This document shows, piece after piece, positions 1 to 7,303 of a stretch of DNA of 64,000 nucleotides (position 1 is the stretch's first letter; each line of letters opens with the position of its first letter). The translations under genes and the position numbers were made by a program. Source of the DNA: an uncultured Actinomycetes bacterium (GTDB lineage Bacteria > Actinomycetota > Acidimicrobiia > Spongiisociales > DATADW01). Below the pieces are notes generated by a model. The model was not told the DNA's origin and ran no database searches. It saw nothing but the letters and a program-made list of their open reading frames with translations. The stretch lies in contig CAVWWM010000010.1 of assembly GCA_963758695.1 (NCBI GenBank), positions 35,350 through 99,349 on the forward strand, written 5' to 3'.

Positions 1-156
1 CGCTGCCACCGCCCTCTCGGTGAGCCGCATGCCGCGGCCGAAGCCGGTGGCGACGATCTCGGCGCCCTCCTCCTGGGCGATCCGGGCGGCGTGCCATGCG
101 ATCGAGTCGTCGGTCAGGATCCCCGTGACGAGTAGGCGCTTCCCCTCGAGCAGCAC
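1..156 (-). CDS. fabI: Enoyl-ACP reductase FabI/InhA, 5' part only (runs off the window)
   Basis: Not in the ORF track. Hand translation from GTG at 156 gives [41 protein letters not shown], matching the InhA N-terminus; GAGGAGG RBS upstream. Confidence 0.9.
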   Translation of the reverse strand, partial: MLLEGKRLLVTGILTDDSIAWHAARIAQEEGAEIVATGFGRGMRLTERAVAA

Positions 157-217
157 GGTCCCTCCTCGCAGTCGGACGGTGCCCCGATGCTACGGGGCAG
201 CGACGTCGAGACCGAGC

Positions 218-575
218 TCAACCGGCAAACGTCTGGATCGCCCTCAGGCCGAGGCCCATGACGAACAGGAGCAGGAGCCCGTACCCGAGGGCGGGACGGG
301 TGCGGATCTGAGCGCGGTAGGCATAGGCGACGGCGAACGTGGCGGCGATGACCACCCCGTAGAAGGTGTGCAGCCCCACCGGCCGGGCACCCTGCGCATA
401 GAGCACCAGCCCGCTCGCAACCTGGATCAGCGCGGCTGCGATCGCCAGCCCGACTCGCCCATGAAAAGGCGGAGGCGGTGGTGCGCTTGATGATCGCCAG
501 AGCGATCCCCCACAAACCCACCAGCCCGGTCACGGCCACCGCCACCCAGGCGGAGGTGGCATGGAACCCGCTCAG
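218..575 (-). CDS. Small membrane protein, frameshifted, start uncertain
   Basis: Hydrophobic segments continue across two frames (WVAVAVTGLVGLWGIALA ... HTFYGVVIAATFAVAYAY ... LLLLFVMGLG). Confidence 0.6.
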
Positions 576-850
576 GTGACCTCGACCAGCTCGCCGCTCA
601 GCAGGTCGAGTACGAATTCCTTGTCGGAATGGGCGTCGGCTATCCATTCCGCCAAGGGGAGCCCTCGGCGCGCACCACCCACCATGCGAAATCGCGCCGG
701 CCGCTCCTTCGGAACTCGGCCCGGGCACTTGCGCGCTGCTTCCGCTGCCGCAACCGGAGTCTCGAAGGCGCCGAGGACGCGTGGCCGGGCAACTGCCGGG
801 GTGCCCCCCACACGGCCCCACACCTCGACGAACTCCACCGCTTCATACAT
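572..850 (-). CDS. Hypothetical protein, probably with internal compensating frameshifts
   Basis: 92-aa ORF co-oriented with neighbours; TACACT -10 upstream. Confidence 0.5.
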   Translation of the reverse strand: MYEAVEFVEVWGRVGGTPAVARPRVLGAFETPVAAAEAARKCPGRVPKERPARFRMVGGARRGLPLAEWIADAHSDKEFVLDLLSGELVEVT

Positions 851-907
851 CAGGCTCTCGTGGCGAGTGTATCCCCGCCCGAGCCTGATCCATGGCGGGC
901 GCCGGAG

Positions 908-2529
908 TCAATCGGACTGATCCTCCAGCAGATCGGAGAACTGGTCGCGCACCACCTTCTTGTCGAACTTGCCTGTCGCCGGTCTTGGGTATCTGCTCGA
1001 CGAGCAGCACCTTGTCGGGTAGCCACCACTTGGCGACCCGCTCAGCGAGGAACTCGATCAGCTCATCCTCTTCCGCCTCGGCGCCCGGTCTGAGGACGGC
1101 CAGCGCTACCGGTCGTTCCTGCCAACGGGGGTGCTTGAGCCCGACGACGGCGGCCTCGGCGACCGCCGGGTGGCCCATCAGAGTGTTCTCCAACTCCACC
1201 GACGAGATCCACTCGCCGCCCGACTTGATCAGGTCCTTGGCACGGTCGGTGATCTTGATGTACCCGTCGGGTGTGATCTTGCAGACGTCCCCGGTCCTCA
1301 TCCAACCGTCGGCAAAGGTCTGGGCGCTGCGCGGGTCGTGGAGGTACTCGGCCGCCACCCACGGACCGCGGATCAGCAACTCTCCGAACGCCTCACCGTC
1401 CTGGGGAAGCTCATCGCCCATCTCGTCGACGATCTTCACCTGGAGACCCGGCAGCGGCCGCCCCGCGGTCTCCAGCCGGTCGAGTTGCTGCTCGAAGTCC
1501 CATTCCTCCATCTCCGGCGTCAACGCCGGCCATCGAGGCGACCGGGTTGGTCTCGGTCATGCCCCACCCCTGGAGCACCCTGATGCCCCGGTTGCGCCAG
1601 TACCAATCGATCATCGCTCTGGGGACCGCCGACCCACCGCAGAGGAATCCCTGGATGCTCGACACATCCGCCTCGGGGTGATCGGCGAGGTACTGGGCGA
1701 TCCCCAGCCATACCGTCGGCACACCGGCCGAGAAGGTGACCCTCTCTCCTTCGATGAGGTCGACGATGCCCTTGGGGGACAGATCTGGCCCCGGGTAGGT
1801 GATCTTGGCGCCAGCGGTGGTGGCACTGAATGGGTAGCCCCAGGCGGCGGCATGGAACATGGGAACGACCGGTAGCACGTTGTCGGCTGGGCCGATGTGA
1901 AAGTTGGCAAGCCCCGAGATGGTGTGGAGATACGTGGAGCGCTGGGTGTAGGCGACGCCCTTGGGGTTGCCGGTGGTCCCCGACGTGTAGCAGTACATCA
2001 TCGGGCTTCGCTCGTCGAGCACCGGCCAGGCGCCATGCGGCTCGACTCCGTCGATCAACTCCTCGTAGGCGATCGCATTGGGCAGGCCAGAGGCGTCATC
2101 GCCCATGACGACGAATTGCTCGACCGTCTCCAACTGCGAGGAGATCGGCTCGACCAGTCCCACGAGGTCGGGGTCAACGAAAAGAACCCGGTCTCCGGCG
2201 TGGTTGACGATGTAGACGATCTGATCGGCGAAGAGCCGGATGTTGATCGTGTGACAGATCCGCCCGGTGTTGGCGGTGCTCCAGTAGAGCTCGTGGTGAC
2301 GCTGGTTGTTCCATGCGAAGGTCCCCACCGGCTCACCGACCCCGACGCCTAGGCGCTCGCCGAGAGCCGTCGCAAGCCTGCGCACTCTCTGGTCGGTCTC
2401 GCCGTAGCTGCTCCGCCTGATGCTCCGGTCGGCCTCGACCGAGACGATCTCGCGCTCGGGGTAGAGACGCACCGCCCTCTCATAGAGCGTCGAGAGCAAC
2501 AGCGGGAAGTCATCCATCATGTGCGGCAT
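908..2529 (-). CDS. Long-chain fatty acid-CoA ligase (frameshifts near 1520 and 975)
   Basis: YTSGTTGNPKG, GWGMTET, RTGD and DRAKDLIKSGGEWISS motifs over ORFs 1411-2529 and 843-1523; C-terminal GKFDKK lies in a third frame ending at 908. Confidence 0.92.
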
Positions 2530-2589
2530 TCGTCTCTCCCTGGCCTCGGATCGCCGATGCTATTCCGCGCGCTCTCGCCAAGACCGGCC

Positions 2590-2743
2590 AAACGCGGGAG
2601 AACCCCGAGTGAGCATCGGCGCGAACGCCGCCACCCTCTCGGGGCTCCCGGTCCCGCCCGCCTCCGACCGGGCGAACCCGGCCATCTGGCTGGCGGTGCG
2701 GTCTTTCGACCGCTGTCGCCTCCGGGGTGAGCCTTCGGCGACC
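2590..2743 (-). ncRNA. Putative structured ncRNA, copy B (~154 nt)
   Basis: Hairpins GCGGTC-GAAA-GACCGC, GGCCGGG-TTCG-CCCGGTC and CGGCG-TTCG-CGCCG inside a long 3' stem; TATGTT -10 at 2749-2754; similar to 3392-3547. Confidence 0.7.
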
Positions 2744-2804
2744 GGGGAAACATAGACGGGACCGGCACCTCACCCGGCTCGAAGCCAGGGGCGCTTTTCG
2801 CGAC

Positions 2805-3314
2805 TCAACCGGGATTTTCGCGGTCGGTGTGCATGGGGTGGCCGTTCTCCAGATAAGACGGGGAATCTCCCGTGCCGACGGCGAGCGCAGCCTCCATCCT
2901 CTTCCGTAGGTCGGGCTCGACCATGTCGAGCGCCTCGGCGGCGGCGAGAAAGGCGTGGCCCTTCAACTCGATGCGGGGTATCCGGATCCGGGAGATCTCA
3001 TCGGGTGCCAGGACGCCACCATCGAAGATCATCATCACCGCCTCGCTCCTGGTGCCTATCGCGGCGATGTAGTCGACACAGAGCAAGCGGCCCGGCGCAC
3101 GGCGAAGCCCGACCTCTTCGTCGACCTCGCGTTCCAGAGCGCGGCGGGGTGACTCGTTGCGCCCGATCATCCCCCCAGGAATGCTCCACCCGCGCCGATA
3201 CGTCGGGTTGACGATCAGCAGCCGGCCGTCGCCGTCGTGGAGCAGCGAGCCGACGGCCATCCTTTTGCCGGGGAATGGTCTGGCAACGCGCCTGACCAGG
3301 TCGATCATGGGCAT
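2805..3314 (-). CDS. Nudix hydrolase
   Basis: Nudix box GGMIGRNESPRRALEREVDEEVG; start probably at 3314 or 3308. Confidence 0.9.
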   Translation of the reverse strand: MPMIDLVRRVARPFPGKRMAVGSLLHDGDGRLLIVNPTYRRGWSIPGGMIGRNESPRRALEREVDEEVGLRRAPGRLLCVDYIAAIGTRSEAVMMIFDGGVLAPDEISRIRIPRIELKGHAFLAAAEALDMVEPDLRKRMEAALAVGTGDSPSYLENGHPMHTDRENPG

Positions 3315-3391
3315 GTGGGGGAGTTTCGCACCTGCGATGCCTCGAGAAGAAGCGGGTACCCGGCGATGCACCCCGACAGATGCCATCCGAC

Positions 3392-3547
3392 AAATGAGAA
3401 GCCCCGAGGGAGCTCGTAGCCGAAGCTACCAACCCTCTCGGGGCTCTCCGCCGATCGTCACTCCGACCCGAAGGTCGTTCTTCCGACCGATCTTCCGGCT
3501 GACCCTCTCAGGTCCTCCGTTTCCTCCGGGGGTTGCCCCCCAGCGGC
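3392..3547 (-). ncRNA. Putative structured ncRNA, copy A (~156 nt)
   Basis: Near-consensus promoter upstream; four hairpins capped by GCAA, GAGA, TTCG and TTCG tetraloops; long 3' stem followed by ATTTG. Confidence 0.8.
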
Positions 3548-3554
3548 AAGCGGA

Positions 3555-3583
3555 AATGTAGGGCACCCCCATGGCCACGTCAA
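3555..3583 (-). promoter_or_regulatory. Housekeeping sigma promoter for ncRNA copy A
   Basis: TTGACG (3578-3583), 17-nt spacer, TACATT (3555-3560) on the minus strand. Confidence 0.8.
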
Positions 3584-3667
3584 CCTCCAGGCCATGTTTG
3601 GTTTCGCGATCTGTCACCTTTTTTCGCGCTCCGCTCTGGGGGCCCTGAGTGTCGAGAATCCCAGGCG

Positions 3668-3689
3668 TGTCATTCCCATGTCGTAGAGT
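3668..3689 (+). promoter_or_regulatory. RecA-NDp/PafBC-type promoter, leaderless transcript
   Basis: TGTCAT-N10-TAGAGT, then 7 nt to ATG 3697. Confidence 0.6.
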
Positions 3690-3696
3690 GCCCGCC

Positions 3697-4497
3697 ATGG
3701 GGCTTGAGACACTCTCACCGAGCCGAGCGAGCGATTTCAAGGTATGTCCGCAGCTCTTCAAGTTCCGCGCCATAGACCGGCTCCCCGAGCCGACCACCGT
3801 TTGGCAGGCACGCGGGACCACCGCTCATCTCGCCCTGCAGCGGTTGTACGACCTGCCATCCGACGAGCGGAGCCCGGAGGCGCTTTTCGACCTGTTCCGG
3901 GCGGCGTGGACCGAGCTGCGCACCGACGACGAGTTCGCCGGGCTATTCGCATCGCTCGAGGAGGAGCGTGCCTGGGGCATGCAGAGCCTGACCGTCCTCG
4001 CCAACTACTTCGGGCTCGAGGACCCGAGCGCTCTGCAACCGCTCGACCGGGAGCTCGACATGATCGAGGACCTCGACGGAATGACCATCCGCGGGATCCT
4101 CGACCGGATCGACGAGCTACCAGACGGCAGCCTGGTGATCACCGACTACAAGTCGGGCAAGGCACCGCCGGAGATCTTCGCCCTGCCGGCGTTCTTCGCC
4201 ATGAAGATCTACGCCGTCCTCATCAGACGACGGCTGGGAAAGACTCCAACGGAGCTGCGGCTTCTCTACCTATCCGGTCCCACCATGTACCGGCTACGAA
4301 TCGACGACCGCCAACTCGACGCCATGGAGCGGCAACTCCGGGCGCTGTGGCAGGCGATCGACCGAGCCATCGACCGCGAGCAGTTCCCGCCCCGCCCCGG
4401 GCGGCTGTGCGATTGGTGCTCGTTCCGCTCGATGTGCCCGGCGTGGGAGGTCGTCGAGGTGGCCGAGCCCGCCCTGCCGCTGGTGGTCAACGGGTAG
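3697..4497 (+). CDS. Stand-alone RecB-family PD-(D/E)XK nuclease with Fe-S cysteines
   Basis: LSPSRASDF..CP, GTTAH, RGILDRID, TDYKSG and C-terminal CDWCSFRSMC motifs. Confidence 0.92.
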   Translation: MGLETLSPSRASDFKVCPQLFKFRAIDRLPEPTTVWQARGTTAHLALQRLYDLPSDERSPEALFDLFRAAWTELRTDDEFAGLFASLEEERAWGMQSLTVLANYFGLEDPSALQPLDRELDMIEDLDGMTIRGILDRIDELPDGSLVITDYKSGKAPPEIFALPAFFAMKIYAVLIRRRLGKTPTELRLLYLSGPTMYRLRIDDRQLDAMERQLRALWQAIDRAIDREQFPPRPGRLCDWCSFRSMCPAWEVVEVAEPALPLVVNG

Positions 4498-4571
4498 GAC
4501 AAGGTGGACGGCGGTCGATTCTCGGTTCTTGCGTGGTGAGTCGAAGCACCAGTCACGGCGGACGGCCCTGG

Positions 4572-6905
4572 TCAGGCGGCTTGGACTGCTCCGGTCGTCG
4601 GCTCCAGTGCCAACTCGATCACCATTCCGACCTCGTCTACCGGGTGGAAGGTCATCTCGGCCCGGACCGTCTCGGGGACGTCGTCGAGGTCATATTCGTT
4701 GCGGAGCGGGAAGATCACCTCACGGATACCGCCCCGATGGGCCGCCAGCACCTTCTGCTTGAGGCCACCGATCGGTAGTACCCGGCCCTGGAGCGTGATC
4801 TCGCCGGTCATGGCCACGTCGTGGCGCACCCGCCTACCGGTGAGGAGGCTGACCAGTGCGGTGGTCATGGCAATCCCCGCCGACGGGCCGTCCTTGGGAA
4901 CGGCTCCAGCCGGAACGTGGAGGTGGAATCGCCTCTCCAGCGCGGCGGGGTCGATCCCCAGATCGATGGCGTGCGAACGCACGTAGGAGAGGGCGATCTG
5001 CGCCGACTCCTTCATGACGTCGCCCAGTTGTCCGGTGATTGCCAGACCGGGTTCGCCATCCATCACCTGTGCCTCGACGAACAGGATGTCGCCACCGGTC
5101 CCTGTCACGGCGAGGCCCGTGACCACGCCGGGAGCCTCGGTGCGGTCGGCGGCTTCCTCCCGATACACGGTGGGCCGGCCGACCAGGTCCTTGAGGTCGT
5201 CGCGGTCGACCACGACGGGGATGTCTTGGCCGGCAGCGACCTTGGTGGCCACCTTGCGGACGAGCTTCCCCAGGACCCTCTCAAGACCGCGCACCCCGGC
5301 TTCACGGGTGTATCCGTCGATGAGGGCATCGAGCGCCCCGCCGGTCACTTCGATCTCGTCAGGACGGAGCCCGGAAGAATCGATCTGGCGTCCCAGCAAG
5401 TGACGCCGGGCGATCTCGACCTTCTCGACGTCGGTGTAACCGTCGATCCGAATCACTTCTGTCCGGTCGAGCAGCGGCGCCGGGATCGTCTCGAGCACAT
5501 TGGCGGTGCCGATGAAGAGGACATCGGAGAGGTCCAGATCAACCTCTAGATAGTGATCGCGGAATGTGTGGTTCTGCGCCGGGTCGAGCACCTCGAGCAA
5601 AGCCGACGAGGGGTCGCCCCTCCAGTCGGCACCGACCTTGTCCATCTCATCGAGCAGGAAGACCGGATTCATCGTGCCCGCCTCGACCAGGGCTCGCGCG
5701 ATACGGCCGGGTCGAGCGCCGACATAGGTGCGCCGGTGGCCGCGGATCTCTGCCTCGTCGCGCACTCCACCGAGGGCGACCCTCACAAACGAACGCCCCA
5801 TGGCCTTCGCCACCGACTCGCCGAGCGAGGTCTTCCCGACCCCAGGCGGCCCGGCGAGAAGGAGGATGGCACCGGTGCGCCTGCCCTCCTCGGGCTGCAC
5901 CCCGCGCTCCTGGCGGAGCTTGCGGACCGCCAGGTGCTCGAGGATGCGCTCCTTGACATCCTCCAGACCGGTGTGGTCGGCGTCGAGCACGCCCTTGGCG
6001 TCTTCGAGCTCGAGGTGGTCATCCGAGGTCTGGCCCCAGGGAAGGTCGAACATGGTGTCGAGCCAGGTGCGAATCCAGCTGTGCTCGGGGCTTTGCTCGC
6101 CGACCCGCTCCAACCGGTCGATCTCCCGGGCTACCGCCTCCTTGACCTTTTCCGGGAGGTCGGTCTCCTCGAGCTTCGTCCGGTATTCACCAGCGACGTC
6201 GCCGTCGTCTTCGCCGAGCTCCTTCCGAATGGCGGCCATCTGCTGGCGCAGCACATACTCCCGCTGGCCTTTGTCGAGCCGTTCCGCTGCGTCCTCGCGC
6301 ACCTTCTCGCGGAGGCTGAGCTCGCCGAGGACCGCCCCCATCCAGTCGAGCAGCATCGTGAGCCGCCGCTCGACCGAAAGGGTCTCCAACAGCTCGACCT
6401 TCTGGCCAAGAGTCAGGTCGGGCGAGTACGCGGCGAGGTCGGCTAGCTCACCTGGATCGTCCACCGCCAGCAACCGCTCGGCCAGGGCGGCAACCCCGCG
6501 GTGTTCGAGTATGGCGCCGATGACGGCGCGGTACTCGGCGGCCAGCGCTGCGATCTGCTCCGGGTCCTCGACGAGAGGCTCGTCGAGGATCTCGATTTCC
6601 ACCAAGAGGGCGTCGGCGTCGCCGATCTGCCCGGCCCCGACCCTGGCGCGGGCCAGACCCCTGACCAGGGCGCCACGCACCGAACCGGTGTTCTCGACCT
6701 GCTCGAGAGTCGCAACGGTGCCGACCTTGGCGTACTCGCCATCGATCCGAGGCACCAGCAGGACCCGCCCGGACCCGTCCTGAGCAGCGGCGACAGCGCG
6801 TCGAGCCTCCGAGGACTCGAGGGCAATGGTCACGACCATCCCCGGGAATACGACCCCGTTGCGCAGAGGCAGAACAGGCAGCGTCAGCGTCGCCGAATTC
6901 GACAT
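4572..6905 (-). CDS. lon: ATP-dependent protease La (Lon)
   Basis: GPPGVGKTS Walker A, LLDEMDK, PKDGPSAG catalytic Ser, IGGLKQK; 777 aa. Confidence 0.97.
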   Translation of the reverse strand: MSNSATLTLPVLPLRNGVVFPGMVVTIALESSEARRAVAAAQDGSGRVLLVPRIDGEYAKVGTVATLEQVENTGSVRGALVRGLARARVGAGQIGDADALLVEIEILDEPLVEDPEQIAALAAEYRAVIGAILEHRGVAALAERLLAVDDPGELADLAAYSPDLTLGQKVELLETLSVERRLTMLLDWMGAVLGELSLREKVREDAAERLDKGQREYVLRQQMAAIRKELGEDDGDVAGEYRTKLEETDLPEKVKEAVAREIDRLERVGEQSPEHSWIRTWLDTMFDLPWGQTSDDHLELEDAKGVLDADHTGLEDVKERILEHLAVRKLRQERGVQPEEGRRTGAILLLAGPPGVGKTSLGESVAKAMGRSFVRVALGGVRDEAEIRGHRRTYVGARPGRIARALVEAGTMNPVFLLDEMDKVGADWRGDPSSALLEVLDPAQNHTFRDHYLEVDLDLSDVLFIGTANVLETIPAPLLDRTEVIRIDGYTDVEKVEIARRHLLGRQIDSSGLRPDEIEVTGGALDALIDGYTREAGVRGLERVLGKLVRKVATKVAAGQDIPVVVDRDDLKDLVGRPTVYREEAADRTEAPGVVTGLAVTGTGGDILFVEAQVMDGEPGLAITGQLGDVMKESAQIALSYVRSHAIDLGIDPAALERRFHLHVPAGAVPKDGPSAGIAMTTALVSLLTGRRVRHDVAMTGEITLQGRVLPIGGLKQKVLAAHRGGIREVIFPLRNEYDLDDVPETVRAEMTFHPVDEVGMVIELALEPTTGAVQAA

Positions 6906-6981
6906 GAGTGTCCTTCCATCAGATTTGCAGCTTGCAAGTTACTAATGAAAGCGCACTACCCGAGACAGGTATTCCCGAGAG

Positions 6982-7080
6982 CGGAAGACGGAAGACGGAA
7001 GACGGAAGTCGGAAGTGAGAACGACCAGGCAGTTCCACATTTGTGTCCGCCGTCTGCCGTCTGCCGTCGCGTCGCCGTCT
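6982..7080. repeat. Heptamer tandem repeats in roughly inverted arrangement
   Basis: (CGGAAGA)3(CGGAAGT)2 at 6982-7016 and (CYGCCGT)3 at 7047-7067. Confidence 0.75.
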
Positions 7081-7105
7081 AGGTCGCTGCGAAGCAGCGA
7101 CCGTT

Positions 7106-7127
7106 TGTCACACCCTCCCGATATGTT
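7106..7127 (+). promoter_or_regulatory. RecA-NDp/PafBC-type promoter of the small ORF
   Basis: TGTCAC-N10-TATGTT, then 6 nt to ATG 7134. Confidence 0.65.
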
Positions 7128-7133
7128 GTTCCT

Positions 7134-7262
7134 ATGAGCACCGAACGCACGAACACCGAAAACTTGTTCGCTTCGCAAGGTTTGGAGGCCACCGAGATCT
7201 TCTCGGGTGATGCCACGGCGTGCCCGCATTGCGCGGCGGGTGACACTGCGCTCGCCGCCTGA
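7134..7262 (+). CDS. Unannotated 42-aa leaderless peptide with CxxC and C-terminal LAA
   Basis: Hand translation MSTERTNTENLFASQGLEATEIFSGDATACPHCAAGDTALAA*; ATG sits at the predicted transcription start. Confidence 0.65.
   Translation: MSTERTNTENLFASQGLEATEIFSGDATACPHCAAGDTALAA
7157..7170. promoter_or_regulatory. LexA (SOS) box candidate
   Basis: CGAAAACTTGTTCG, one mismatch to the Gram-positive CGAAC-N4-GTTCG consensus. Confidence 0.5.
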
Positions 7263-7274
7263 ACAGCCAGACGC

Positions 7275-7296
7275 TGCCGGCCCTCCTACCTACGCT
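7275..7296 (+). promoter_or_regulatory. RecA-NDp/PafBC-type promoter of adnA
   Basis: TGCCGG-N10-TACGCT, then 7 nt to GTG 7304. Confidence 0.55.
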
Positions 7297-7303
7297 TGAT
7301 CCC

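Noticed and set aside
3392-3547. SRP RNA, Ms1/6S, 6C RNA or tRNA identity
   Set aside because: By eye it lacks the SRP domain IV motif, the long 6S-type rod, C-rich loops and T/D arms. Only a short CAGCCGGAAGA resembles my recollection of Ms1, too little to call; an Rfam search is needed.
2510-3821. Short ORFs over the two structured regions (e.g. 2510-2773, 2517-2768, 3426-3821)
   Set aside because: Arg/Pro/Gly-rich shadow ORFs with no motifs or convincing RBS; RNA structure explains the sequence better.
3697-4497. Cas4 or CRISPR-linked nuclease
   Set aside because: No cas1/cas2 or array; solo RecB-family nucleases are common in Actinobacteria. An RNA-guided role with the adjacent ncRNA has no support, since no variable guide segment is evident.
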